From positions 32,001-96,000 of the forward strand of contig CAXXNO010000006.1 of NCBI GenBank assembly GCA_963663235.2: DNA of 64,000 nt, in the 5' to 3' direction. Positions 47,249 through 57,434 of the stretch are shown one piece after another. A program made the position numbers and the translations under genes. Position 1 is the first letter of the stretch, and each line of letters opens with the position of its first letter. The stretch is from Dehalococcoidia bacterium. Its GTDB lineage: Bacteria; Chloroflexota; Dehalococcoidia; Bin125. Below the pieces are notes generated by a model. It did no database searches. It was not told where the DNA came from and worked only from the letters and a program-made list of their open reading frames with translations.

Positions 47249-48007
47249 ATGTCTGGTCATTCCAAGTGGTCTCAGATCAAACGCCAGAAAGGCGTGACCG
47301 ACTCGCGCCGAGGCAAGCTGTTCACGAAGATCGGGCGCGAGATCGAGGCCGCCACGCGCGGCGGCGGCCCACAGGCCAGTGAGAACCCGGTGCTTCGACT
47401 GGCCCTCTCCAAGGCCCGACAGGCGAATATGCCCAAGGAGACCATCGAGCGGGCGATCAAACGCGTCACGGCCGGTGGAGGCGGCGCGAGCTGGGAAGAG
47501 ATCCGCTACGAGGCCTACGGACCCGGCGGTGCGGCCCTGCTCATCGACACGCTTACCAACAACCGCAAACGGACCGTTGCCGAGGTGCGCGCCATCCTCT
47601 CGAAGGGGAACGCCAGCATGGGCGAGAACGGTAGCGTGGCTTGGGTCTTCGAGCCCCAGGGCGTGATCGCCATCGACGTGCAAGACGGCGTTGATCCGGA
47701 CGCGATCGCGCTCCAGGCGATCGACGCCGGCGCGGACGATGTGTCGGTCGACAAGACCCTGATCGAGGTGCTCATGGCCCCGCCTGATCTGGAGGCGGTG
47801 CGTGAACGGCTGGAAGCGGAGGGCGTCCCGCTGGCCTCTGCGGAGGTCACGATGCGGCCCACGACTACGGTCCCCCTGGACGGGGAGCAAGCACGATCGC
47901 TGCTGCGGCTCCTGGACAGCCTGGAAGAGCTGGACGACGTTCAGCGCGTCCACAGCAACGCGGACGTCCCCGAAGCCGTGATGGTCGAGTCCGAGTCGGC
48001 GGCCTGA
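47249..48007 (+). CDS. yebC: YebC/PmpR family protein
   Basis: MSGHSKWSQIKRQK, NMPKETIERAI, YEAYGPGG, TNNRKRT, LEELDDVQ. Confidence 0.95.
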   Translation: MSGHSKWSQIKRQKGVTDSRRGKLFTKIGREIEAATRGGGPQASENPVLRLALSKARQANMPKETIERAIKRVTAGGGGASWEEIRYEAYGPGGAALLIDTLTNNRKRTVAEVRAILSKGNASMGENGSVAWVFEPQGVIAIDVQDGVDPDAIALQAIDAGADDVSVDKTLIEVLMAPPDLEAVRERLEAEGVPLASAEVTMRPTTTVPLDGEQARSLLRLLDSLEELDDVQRVHSNADVPEAVMVESESAA

Positions 48008-48516
48008 TGCCCACGCCCGCTGGTTGTGTTCTCGGTGTCGATCCCGGACTCCGGGTGACCGGCTGGGCGCTGCTGGACGCGCGCGAGAGCGCTCCGCGCA
48101 TCGAGTATGGGGTCATCCGGCCGCCGCGCGGCGCCGCCACCGCCGTGCGGCTGCGCGCGATCACCAACGGCCTGCTGGAGGCTATCGACGCCCACGGCCC
48201 GAGCGCCGTGGCGGTGGAGCGACCCTTCGTCAAGGAAAATATGCGAACGGCGCTGGCGTTGGGACAAGCGCAGGCCGCGGCGTTGCTTGCCGCCGCCTGG
48301 CGCGAGCTCGAGGTTTTTGAATATGCGCCGCGCGAGATCAAGCAGACCGCCGCGGGGGACGGAGGGGCGACGAAGGAAGCGGTCGCCGAGGCGCTTCGCC
48401 GCCAGCTGCGCCTGGAGGCGGGCCCACGCCCTCTCGACGCCTCGGACGCGCTGGCAGTGGCCTACTGCCACCTGCTGGCATCGTCCGGCCGTCGCCGCCT
48501 CCTGCCGCAGCGATGA
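48007..48516 (+). CDS. ruvC: Holliday junction resolvase RuvC
   Basis: LGVDPG..VTGW, AVERPF, LGQA, EYAP, DASDALAVA. Confidence 0.94.
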   Translation: MPTPAGCVLGVDPGLRVTGWALLDARESAPRIEYGVIRPPRGAATAVRLRAITNGLLEAIDAHGPSAVAVERPFVKENMRTALALGQAQAAALLAAAWRELEVFEYAPREIKQTAAGDGGATKEAVAEALRRQLRLEAGPRPLDASDALAVAYCHLLASSGRRRLLPQR

Positions 48517-49142
48517 TCTCCCGGATCCGCGGCCCCGCGCGTCAGTGGAATCCCGCCAGCCAAAGCGTGGAGGTGGAAGTCGGCGGTCTCTGGTACGAAG
48601 TGCACCTGCCCGCGTACGGCTGGCGGGCGCTGGAGCATCGACCGGCCGAAGTGGACCTGTTCATCTACTACCACGTTCCGGATCGCAACCCTTCCCCCGT
48701 GCTCATCGGCTTCCTGCGACGCACAGAGCGCGAATTCTTCAAAAAGTTCATGCACGTGCGTGGGATGGGCTCGACAAGCGCGCGGCGAGCGTTGGCGACA
48801 TCGATCTCAACGATCGCGCACTGGATCGAGGCGGAGGATAAACGCGCCCTCTGCCAGTTGCCCGGCGTCGGCACGCGGCAGGCCGATCAGATCATCGCGG
48901 AGCTCAAAGGCAAGGTCGTGGAGGAGGCGCTGCTGGTGGACGAGCACTACGCCGCGCTGGCGACGGAACCGCAGCGAGAACGCGGCCGGGCGCTATCCGA
49001 AGCGGTTGAGGCGCTGGTCGGGCTCGGCTACCAGCGCAGCGAGGCGAGAGATTGGGTGAACCGCGTGGCCGATGAGACGGTCGAGCCGGAGACGGAGGCC
49101 GTACTGCGGGCCGTCTTCCGGGGCATGGCTGAGCGGGACTAG
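48513..49142 (+). CDS. ruvA: Holliday junction branch migration protein RuvA
   Basis: MISRIRG, VEVGGLWYEV, LIGF...ERE, LPGVG, ELKGK, EALVGLGY. Confidence 0.88.
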   Translation: MISRIRGPARQWNPASQSVEVEVGGLWYEVHLPAYGWRALEHRPAEVDLFIYYHVPDRNPSPVLIGFLRRTEREFFKKFMHVRGMGSTSARRALATSISTIAHWIEAEDKRALCQLPGVGTRQADQIIAELKGKVVEEALLVDEHYAALATEPQRERGRALSEAVEALVGLGYQRSEARDWVNRVADETVEPETEAVLRAVFRGMAERD

Positions 49143-49219
49143 ACGCGGATTCCCGGATGGGGATGTGTAGGGTTCGCCAGCCCCTGCTGCGGGCGCCCCC
49201 CGACGTATCAGGCCCTGCC

Positions 49220-50062
49220 GTGACGGATAATCGCCGTGTGGATCTCCCCTGGATCCGACGGGCGATTTTGCGCCACGCTCTCCAGGCTCTGGCCCTGGCG
49301 GCGGTCGGGATCGCAGCGGCGCTGGCGGCGCTCCTGGACCTGGGCGTGTGGCTGGCCGCCCGATCAGGCGTCGCCCCGGCCGTGGTCGCCGGAGGGGTGG
49401 TGCCGCTGGCCGTCGCGATGGTGCTGCTGGGGGTGGATTCCCTGCGAGAACGGCGGCTCCAGCATCGCTCTCAGCGGAACCTGATTCAGACGAATCGCCG
49501 CCTGCGGCAGAGCGCCGCCGATCTGGCACGTTTCGCGACCTTCGATTCTCTCACCGGGCTGTACAACCGGCGGGCTTGGCTGGAGGCGCTGGAACAGGAA
49601 TGGCGGTGGTCGGAGCGGTACGGAACGGCGCCGGCCGTTGTGATGATCGATCTGGACCGATTCAAGGAAGTCAACGACCGAGGCGGGCACGCCGCCGGTG
49701 ACGCGGTGCTGCGGGCGTTCGCCGAGTCGCTGGGCGAAACGCTGCGATCATCCGACATCATGGGCCGGCTGGGTGGCGACGAGTTTGCGGTGCTCTTGCC
49801 CGAAGCCGACAGCGAGGATGCGCGCGTGGTCGCGGAGAAAATCCGTGCCTGTTTCAGCGCGCGCCGATTGGACTTCGCAGCCGGACCCATTGCGCTGACG
49901 CTCTCCGCCGGTATCGCCTGCGGGCGCAGCGAGCAGGTGCGCGAGGCGCAGGATCTTGTCCGGATCGCCGACGAGGCCTTGTATGATGCTAAGGCGGCCG
50001 GTCGAAACCGCGTGGTCGTGGCGGCGGATGAGCGTACCGCGCCCCTGCAGATCAGCGCCTGA
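49220..50062 (+). CDS. Membrane-anchored diguanylate cyclase
   Basis: Two TMs, [29 protein letters not shown]-site, RLGGDEF. Start uncertain. Confidence 0.92.
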   Translation: MTDNRRVDLPWIRRAILRHALQALALAAVGIAAALAALLDLGVWLAARSGVAPAVVAGGVVPLAVAMVLLGVDSLRERRLQHRSQRNLIQTNRRLRQSAADLARFATFDSLTGLYNRRAWLEALEQEWRWSERYGTAPAVVMIDLDRFKEVNDRGGHAAGDAVLRAFAESLGETLRSSDIMGRLGGDEFAVLLPEADSEDARVVAEKIRACFSARRLDFAAGPIALTLSAGIACGRSEQVREAQDLVRIADEALYDAKAAGRNRVVVAADERTAPLQISA

Positions 50063-50087
50063 GTGGACCGGCCGCCCTCGTGGGGCC

Positions 50088-52184
50088 GTGACCGAAACCT
50101 TTCAGACCAGCAGCGAATTCAAGCCGACGGGGGACCAGCCCGCGGCGATCGCCGCGTTGGTCCAGGGAGTCGAGCGGGGAGATCGCGCCCAAACGCTTCT
50201 GGGAGTCACCGGCTCCGGGAAGACGTTCACGATGGCGAACGTCATCGCCGCCACGAACCGGCCCGCCCTGGTGCTGGCGCCCAACAAGACGCTGGCTGCG
50301 CAGCTGGCCACCGAGTTCAAGGAATTCTTCCCGAACAACTCGGTGGAATACTTTGTCTCCTACTACGACTACTACCAACCGGAGGCGTACATTCCCCGGA
50401 GCGACACCTATATCGCCAAGGACGCCGCGATCAACGAAGAGATCGACAAACTCCGCCACTCCGCGACGCGGGCGCTCTTCGAGCGGCGGGACGTAGTCAT
50501 CGTGGCCTCCGTCTCCTGCATCTATGGCTTGGGCGAGCCGGGAGAGTATCAATCGCTCGTGCTCACGCTGAAGGTCGGCGAGCGAGTGGAGCGGTCGCGT
50601 ATTCTGCGTCATCTGGTTGACGTGCAGTACCAACGCGATGAGATGACGGTGACCCGCAACAAGTTCCGCATCCGAGGCGACTCACTCACGATCCAGCCCT
50701 CGTACGAGGAGTTGGCCGTGCGAGTGGATTTTTGGGATGAGCAAGTGGAGCGGATCGTGGAACTCGATCCGCTCACCGGCGAACTCCTGGCCGAGCGGGA
50801 CCGGGTGGACATCTATCCGGCCAAGCACTTCGTCACCTCATCGGACCGTCTGGAGGCGTCGCTCGGGGAGATCGAGGCGGAACTGGGCCAGCGCTTGGAA
50901 GTGCTGCGGGCCGAACAACGAATCCTGGAAGCGGCCCGGCTGGAGGAGCGTACGCGCTACGACCTGGAGACGCTGCGGGAGACCGGATATTGCGCGGGGA
51001 TCGAGAACTATTCGCGTCACTTGGCGCGGCGGGCCGCGGGGAGTCCGCCCTGGACGCTGCTGGACTACTTTCCCGATCGCTGGCTCTTGTTCGTCGATGA
51101 GAGCCACATGGCGATCCCCCAGGTGCGGGGGATGTATTTCGGCGACGTCAGCCGCAAGCAAACCCTGGTGGACTACGGCTTCCGCCTCCCGTCCGCCATG
51201 GACAACCGGCCCCTCAACTTCGACGAGTTCAACGCGCACATCGACCAAGTGATCTTTGTGTCCGCCACTCCCGGCGATTACGAGCGCGACGTCTCGACGC
51301 AGGTCGTGGAGCAGGTGATCCGGCCAACGGGGCTCGTGGATCCGATGGTTGAGGTGCGCCCGACCGACGGCCAGATCGACGATTTGGTGGGGGAGGTGCG
51401 GAGCCGAGTGGAGCGGGGCGAGCGCGCACTGATCACCACGCTGACCAAGAAGATGGCCGAGGATCTGGCCGACTACATCCGCGAGGTGGGCATCAAGACC
51501 CACCACCTGCACAGCGAGCAGGACACCTTCCAGCGCGTGGAAATCCTGCGCGACCTCCGCCTTGGAGTCTTTGACTGCGTTGTCGGGATCAACCTGCTGC
51601 GTGAGGGTCTGGACCTGCCGGAAGTCAGCCTGGTCGTCATACTGGACGCCGACAAGGAAGGGTACCTGCGCAACACGAGCTCGTTGGTCCAGACCATCGG
51701 CCGGGCAGCCCGCCACGTGAACGGACACGTGATCATGTACGCGGACACGGTAACGGCGTCGATGCGCCGTGCCATCGACGAGACGGATCGTCGCCGCGTC
51801 ATCCAGACTACCTACAATGAGGCACACGACATCTCTCCGACCAGCATCCACAAAGCGATCCGCGACATTACCGACCAGATACGCGAGGTACGTCAGGTCG
51901 CAGAGGCGTCCGCCTCCTATGAGGCCGGCGGCGATGTGAGCCGGGTACCCAAGAGTGAGATCGCTCGTCTGGTGAAAGAGCTGGAGAAGCAGATGAAGCA
52001 GGCCGCGAAGGCGTTGGAGTTCGAACGGGCGGCGCTGCTACGCGATCAGATCGTCGAGCTACGCCGCGAGCTGGTGGGCGACGCCGACGCCTTGGCAGAA
52101 TGGGTCAACACATCGTACGGACGCCGCGGCCGACGGCCGATCACGGGGGGCGAGCCGGCGGTTGGGTCGCAGCGGCCCACTTGA
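50088..52184 (+). CDS. uvrB: Excinuclease ABC subunit B
   Basis: [41 protein letters not shown]-terminal UVR. Confidence 0.98.
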   Translation: MTETFQTSSEFKPTGDQPAAIAALVQGVERGDRAQTLLGVTGSGKTFTMANVIAATNRPALVLAPNKTLAAQLATEFKEFFPNNSVEYFVSYYDYYQPEAYIPRSDTYIAKDAAINEEIDKLRHSATRALFERRDVVIVASVSCIYGLGEPGEYQSLVLTLKVGERVERSRILRHLVDVQYQRDEMTVTRNKFRIRGDSLTIQPSYEELAVRVDFWDEQVERIVELDPLTGELLAERDRVDIYPAKHFVTSSDRLEASLGEIEAELGQRLEVLRAEQRILEAARLEERTRYDLETLRETGYCAGIENYSRHLARRAAGSPPWTLLDYFPDRWLLFVDESHMAIPQVRGMYFGDVSRKQTLVDYGFRLPSAMDNRPLNFDEFNAHIDQVIFVSATPGDYERDVSTQVVEQVIRPTGLVDPMVEVRPTDGQIDDLVGEVRSRVERGERALITTLTKKMAEDLADYIREVGIKTHHLHSEQDTFQRVEILRDLRLGVFDCVVGINLLREGLDLPEVSLVVILDADKEGYLRNTSSLVQTIGRAARHVNGHVIMYADTVTASMRRAIDETDRRRVIQTTYNEAHDISPTSIHKAIRDITDQIREVRQVAEASASYEAGGDVSRVPKSEIARLVKELEKQMKQAAKALEFERAALLRDQIVELRRELVGDADALAEWVNTSYGRRGRRPITGGEPAVGSQRPT

Positions 52185-52299
52185 CAGACTCCCCAAACGG
52201 CCTGAACGTTCTTCCGAGCCGAATGATGGCGGGGGTGACGGTGTTGTGCAGGGACGGCCAAGCGGGTCTGCGCCCGCCGCCGTATGGGTACAGGGTGTC

Positions 52300-53058
52300 G
52301 TGACGGAGCCGGACGGCCCGCAGAAGAGTGCGCCGCCGCGGGTGCCGGAGTGGCTGGCGCCGCAGGCAACGGCGCGAGCCGAGGCGCGGCGAAACGTCTG
52401 CGCGTTCTGCGGAGAGGAAGCGCCGCCCGATTCGGCTTTCTGCCCCCGCGACGGACGGGCGCTGAGCGCGGCGCTGGTGCCGGGCGGTGGACGGTCGCTC
52501 ACCGTCCTGTTCACGGATATCGAAGACTCTGTCCGGCTCAACGAGCGGTTGGGCGATTTGAAATGGGCCGACATCGTGGATGAGCACAACCTGCTCGTGA
52601 GGGCTGCGGTCGATCGTTTCGCCGGCTTTGAGGTCAAAATCACGGGTGACGGCTTTCTGGTGGCGTTCGCCGAGCCGGCCAACGCGGCCCACTGTGCTAT
52701 CACGATCCAGCAGCGGATCACCAGGCACGCCTCCGGCAGAGTGGATTGGCCCGTGCGAGTACGGATCGGGATCCACATGGGCGAGGTGATCGTGCGGCGG
52801 GGTGGGGACATCCTGGGGCGGACGGTGAACCTTGCCGAGCGCATCCTGGGGAAGGGCGCCGGCGGTGAGATTTGGGTCTCCGAGCGGGTCTACGCGGACG
52901 TGCGAGGTCTCATCGCAGCCGAGCACTGGATCGACCGCGGGATGCGGCGCCTCAGGGGTGTATCGGGCCGGCAACACCTCTATCAGCTGGAGTGGGGAGA
53001 GGACGTGCAGCCACCGAGACCTGCCAGCGCCGACGCTGCACGCTCGGTGGTGGCCTAG
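52300..53058 (+). CDS. Class III adenylate/guanylate cyclase with N-terminal zinc ribbon
   Basis: CAFCG...FCPRDG, TVLFTDIEDS, VKITGDG, RIGIHMGE, DILGRTVNLAER. Confidence 0.88.
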   Translation: MTEPDGPQKSAPPRVPEWLAPQATARAEARRNVCAFCGEEAPPDSAFCPRDGRALSAALVPGGGRSLTVLFTDIEDSVRLNERLGDLKWADIVDEHNLLVRAAVDRFAGFEVKITGDGFLVAFAEPANAAHCAITIQQRITRHASGRVDWPVRVRIGIHMGEVIVRRGGDILGRTVNLAERILGKGAGGEIWVSERVYADVRGLIAAEHWIDRGMRRLRGVSGRQHLYQLEWGEDVQPPRPASADAARSVVA

Positions 53059-54908
53059 TCGACGGGGATGCTATGCGCATCGTCGTCGGGCTCCGGCGCT
53101 GGGGAAGAGCGAAACAGCCGCAGCACCTTCTCTCGCATGCGCCGCCGCACAGAGCGGCGAAAGTCGCGGATGTTGCGGCTGAGGCTGACTCGGAAGAAGT
53201 TCTGGTAGATCCCCATGTCGCGGTACTTGCGGTAGCGATCGCGGAGGAGCTTGGACGTCGGTGTGCCATGCAGGTCATCCAGTTCCTGCCGGATGGCCGC
53301 CTGCAAGAACGCCGCTGCGGCGTCGTGATCGCGGTGGGCGCCCCCCTCGGGCTCGCGGACGATCCGATCCATCACGCCGAGATCGAGCGCATCCGCGGCC
53401 GTCAAGCGGAGCGCCTCGGCGAGGAGATCGGCGCGGGTGGGGTCGCGGTAGAGCATCGCCGCGGCCCGCTCCGGCGAGGCGACGGAGAAGATGGCGTGCT
53501 CCAGCATCAGGATCCGGTCGGCCACGGCGAAGGCCAGAGCCCCTTCGCCGCCCCCCTCGCCGATAATCACGGCCACCACAGGCGTGCGCAGGCGCATCAT
53601 CGCCGCGAGGTTTTCGGCAATCGCATGCCCAATACCGTGCTCTTCGGCTTCACGACTCGGGCGAGCGCCACGATTATCGATGAGGGTGACCACGGGGATT
53701 TTGAATTTCTGCGCCAGCCGCATCGCGCGCAGCGCCTTGCGAAAGCCCGCCGGGTCGATCCAAGGCGGCCCTTGCTCACCCTCCGTGACGCGCTGCTGGC
53801 CAATGAGCATCACGGGCTCCCCGTGGATGTCGGCGAAGCCCGTCACGATCCCGGGGGCATCCCCCTGGGCGCGGTCGCCGTGCAAGTCCACGAAGGTCGT
53901 GGCTATCCGTCCGATGTAGTCGAGCGCGGAGGGCCGTCGTTCGTGACGCGCCAACTGGACCTCTTGCCAGGGGCTGATCGTGCGAGACGGCCGCCAGGTG
54001 AACGGTTGCAGCCCTTTTTTAATCTGGAGGCGCTGGGCGGGCGTGGTGAGATCGATGAGCGAAGCGAGGAGATCCGGCTGCCGCTCCCTGGTCACCACCT
54101 GATCGATCAGGCCGTGTTGCAGGTGGGATTCGGCCGTATGGGTGTCGGGTGGCAAGGTTCCGCCCTCGGTCTGTTCGAGGTCGCGCAGAGTGACGAAGCC
54201 CATCAATGCGGCGGGCTCGCCCACAATCACGTCGGCGAGGTTTGCGAAGGAAGCGAACACGCCGCCCGTGGAGGGGTTGGCCAGGATCGTGAAGTGGGCC
54301 AGTCCCCGTCTACTGTGTTGTTCGGCGGCGGCGGCCGTCTTGCCCATCTGCATCAAGGCCAGCACGCCCTCGCGGACTCGCGTGCCGCTGCTCGTAATCA
54401 CCGACACCACCGGCAGTTGGTGTCGCGCGGCGTATTCGAAGGCCAGCGTGACGCGCTCGCCAACCACGACCCCCATGCTGCCGCCCAGGAAGCCGAACTC
54501 CATGATGATGATGACCGCGGGCCGGCTGCGAATCTCGCAGACGCCCGTGATCAGGGCCTCGCGCAAGCGTGTGCGGCGGAAGGCTTCCCGCAGCCGGTCG
54601 CGGTAGTCCCCACCCTCGGGAAAGGACAGTGGATCGATCGAGGTAGTGGATGCATGGATCTCGCGGAAGGTCCCGACGTCCGTGAGGGTCTTGATCCGTT
54701 TCCAGGCCGAGATCGCGTGGTGGTAGCCGCAGACCGTGCAGACGCCGAGCGTCGCGTAGCTCTCCATGTCCGCGGTGGCGGCACCGCAGAGCACGCAGGA
54801 CTCGCGCTCCGCCTCGATCTCCGGCTCTAAGGGTTTGGGGGCGCGCCAGGCGGCAACGAGGTCGGCGAGTGCGCGCATGGCGCCAATCCGCTCGGAGGCT
54901 GTTTGCAC
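53055..54908 (-). CDS. accDA: Acetyl-CoA carboxylase carboxyltransferase, fused beta (AccD) and alpha (AccA)
   Basis: C4 Zn finger, FLGGSMG, ALMQMGK, TGGV.ASF; then PWQEVQLARH, LHGDR, FRKALR, GEGG, SVASPE. Confidence 0.9.
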   Translation of the reverse strand: MQTASERIGAMRALADLVAAWRAPKPLEPEIEAERESCVLCGAATADMESYATLGVCTVCGYHHAISAWKRIKTLTDVGTFREIHASTTSIDPLSFPEGGDYRDRLREAFRRTRLREALITGVCEIRSRPAVIIIMEFGFLGGSMGVVVGERVTLAFEYAARHQLPVVSVITSSGTRVREGVLALMQMGKTAAAAEQHSRRGLAHFTILANPSTGGVFASFANLADVIVGEPAALMGFVTLRDLEQTEGGTLPPDTHTAESHLQHGLIDQVVTRERQPDLLASLIDLTTPAQRLQIKKGLQPFTWRPSRTISPWQEVQLARHERRPSALDYIGRIATTFVDLHGDRAQGDAPGIVTGFADIHGEPVMLIGQQRVTEGEQGPPWIDPAGFRKALRAMRLAQKFKIPVVTLIDNRGARPSREAEEHGIGHAIAENLAAMMRLRTPVVAVIIGEGGGEGALAFAVADRILMLEHAIFSVASPERAAAMLYRDPTRADLLAEALRLTAADALDLGVMDRIVREPEGGAHRDHDAAAAFLQAAIRQELDDLHGTPTSKLLRDRYRKYRDMGIYQNFFRVSLSRNIRDFRRSVRRRMREKVLRLFRSSPAPEPDDDAHSIPVD

Positions 54909-55008
54909 GGCGTTTTGGGAACCAAGCGCCGCGCCTCTTTCCTCACCATCTTAGGTCAAACGTCGCGGTTGCACGACCCGCGCGGGGTCCGGCCGGAGCC
55001 CGCGCGCG

Positions 55009-57390
55009 CTAGGAGGGCTCGCGTTCGTCCACGCCGGCCAGCACACGGCGGGATTGCCCGCCCTCTGCCGCCCCGATCACGCCCGCCGACTCAAGATCAT
55101 CAATCAGGCGCGCCGCTCGCGGGTAGCCGATGCGGAGGCGCCGCTGTAGCAGTGACGCGGAGACGCGGGTGTGATCCAAGGCCAAGGTATGCGCGTCGTC
55201 GTAGAGGGCGTCGCGGCCGGCGCCATCGCCGTCTCGGGCGCGGCGGGAGCCATCGGAATGCGCGGCTCCGCTCTGCGCCGTCCGCACGGCTTCCTCCAGT
55301 TGATGGTCAAGCGTTGGGCGGGGGATCTGTGTGAAGCGGTCTTGGGTCCAGAAGTCGATGACTTGGCGAATCTCGTCGTCGGAGACGTAGCAGCCCTGAA
55401 CCCGTCGCGGTTGCAGCGAGTCCGTCGCCAGAAAGAGCATGTCGCCGCGGCCGAGGAGCTTCTCGGCGCCGGCGCGGTCCAGGATGACGCGGGAATCGGT
55501 CTGCGACGAGGTGGCGTAGGCGATGCGGGTTGGGAAGTTGGCCTTGATCAGGCCGGTCACGACGTCGACCGATGGGCGCTGCGTGGCGATCACGAGGAAG
55601 ATCCCGGTCGCCCGCGCCAGTTGCGCCAGCCGGACGAGTTGTTGCTCCACCTCCACCGGCGCGGTCATCATCAGGTCGGCCAACTCGTCGATGACCACCA
55701 CCCAGTAGGGCAGATTCCCTTCCGGGCGATCTTTCTCGTTGTAGACGGTAATGTTGCGGACTTGCTCGCTCTCGAAGCGCCGGTAGCGGCGCTCCATCTC
55801 CGTCACGACGACCCCCAGAACACCGACCAATTCGTCCGGTTCCGTGATCACCCGCGAAAAGACAAGATGGGGCACGTCGCCGTAGCCGGTAAGCTCCACG
55901 CGCTTGGGGTCCACCAGCACCAACCGCAGTTGTTCTGGAGAGAAATGCATCAGCAAGCTCACGATAAAGGTGTTGATGCCCACGCTTTTTCCGGAGCCGG
56001 TTGCGCCGGCGATCAGCAGATGGGGCATCTGCGCGAGGTCCGCGACGACGGGAGCGCCTGTGACGGCGCGACCGAGCGCGATCGCGACGGCGGCGCTACC
56101 GGCCACCTTCCTGTACTGCGGCGACTCCAGAACGCCTCGTAGCGAGACCAAGCGAGTCTCTCGGTTCGGCACTTCGATCCCAATCACCGGCTTGCCCGGC
56201 ACGGGCGCCTCCATGCGGATCGATGGGGCCGCCAGCGCGAGAGCGAGATCGTTGGACAGGCGCGTGATCTTGCTGACGCGAACACGCGTGCGGGAAACTT
56301 CCTCTTCGCGCGTCTGGGGTTGGCCGTTGCCATCCATGAGGGGACGGCCGGATTCGTCGCGGAGGGTGACTTTCCGCATCCTGACCTCCCAGCCCGGCTC
56401 GATGCCGAAGCGGGTCACGGACGGTCCCTCGTTGATATCCGCTATGCGTGCATCGACGCCGAACGAGGCCAGCGTGTCGACGATGAGTTGCGCCTGGAGG
56501 CCGGCCTGGGCGTTTCGACGGGCAGGAGCGTCAGGGCGGAGGAGGTCCAAGGATGGCAACTGCCATCCGTCGGCGCTGCGCCGCCGTTTCCCTGATCGCG
56601 CAGAGGCTCGTTTTTCCGTTGTCGATTGCTGCTCTGCTTCATCTGATGCCGGAGCCGCGTCGGTCGCGGCCTGAGGGGGATCCGCCGCCGCCGGTTTGTG
56701 GGTGAGCGAAGCGGGCGATGTGGAGCCGGTCGGCTGGTCGGTGTCCGCTGCGATCGCCGGGCGATGCGTCGCCCTGCGATAGCGCTCAGCGATGATGCGC
56801 CACAGCCGGCGGAGCGGCGGACGGAGCATCTGGGCGAGGAGCGTCGCAACGGCGAACTGGAAGCGGATGGTGGCCCGCGGCGCGATCAGCATCGACGCCA
56901 GGGTCGCGAGGCCGAGCATGACGAAAGCGCCGATCGGCGAAGTGAGTGCATCGCCGAGCTCGCCTCCGACCGTCACACGCCCGAGATCGACGCCGCCGAG
57001 GTCCCAATGGGGACGGAAGAGCCCCGCGATCCCGACGGCGAACAGCCCGAGCAGCAAACCGGCCGCCAAACGACGAAGCGCGAGGCTTCCGAGCCGCCAG
57101 CGCGCGCCGGCGGCGATCCAGAGGCCGAGGAAGAGCACCAAGCCGATGATCAGGAAGACCCCAACCCCCAACGCTTCGACGAAGGCCTCACGGACCGACG
57201 TCACCACGCCGAGCGGCGCGATCACCCAGTTCACGAGTGCGGCGGCGCCGACCACGCAGGCCGCGCCGGCAAGCGGCAGCAGGGGAGGGCGCCAGGACAG
57301 TTGGAGGGACCAGGGGGGACGGTACAGCCGCAGCCCCGAGAAGCGGCGGGAGCGGCGTCGAGATGAGCGGCGAACCGCAGCGCGAGGCAT
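55009..57390 (-). CDS. ftsK: DNA translocase FtsK/SpoIIIE
   Basis: N-terminal TMs, GIEVPN, PHLLIAGATGSGKS, IDELADLM, ATQRPSVDV, gamma domain LQRRLRIGYPRAARLID. Confidence 0.96.
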   Translation of the reverse strand: MPRAAVRRSSRRRSRRFSGLRLYRPPWSLQLSWRPPLLPLAGAACVVGAAALVNWVIAPLGVVTSVREAFVEALGVGVFLIIGLVLFLGLWIAAGARWRLGSLALRRLAAGLLLGLFAVGIAGLFRPHWDLGGVDLGRVTVGGELGDALTSPIGAFVMLGLATLASMLIAPRATIRFQFAVATLLAQMLRPPLRRLWRIIAERYRRATHRPAIAADTDQPTGSTSPASLTHKPAAADPPQAATDAAPASDEAEQQSTTEKRASARSGKRRRSADGWQLPSLDLLRPDAPARRNAQAGLQAQLIVDTLASFGVDARIADINEGPSVTRFGIEPGWEVRMRKVTLRDESGRPLMDGNGQPQTREEEVSRTRVRVSKITRLSNDLALALAAPSIRMEAPVPGKPVIGIEVPNRETRLVSLRGVLESPQYRKVAGSAAVAIALGRAVTGAPVVADLAQMPHLLIAGATGSGKSVGINTFIVSLLMHFSPEQLRLVLVDPKRVELTGYGDVPHLVFSRVITEPDELVGVLGVVVTEMERRYRRFESEQVRNITVYNEKDRPEGNLPYWVVVIDELADLMMTAPVEVEQQLVRLAQLARATGIFLVIATQRPSVDVVTGLIKANFPTRIAYATSSQTDSRVILDRAGAEKLLGRGDMLFLATDSLQPRRVQGCYVSDDEIRQVIDFWTQDRFTQIPRPTLDHQLEEAVRTAQSGAAHSDGSRRARDGDGAGRDALYDDAHTLALDHTRVSASLLQRRLRIGYPRAARLIDDLESAGVIGAAEGGQSRRVLAGVDEREPS

Positions 57391-57434
57391 GGCGTCGTCA
57401 CCCCCTATATGGAGCGCCGCTCACCCCGCCATCG

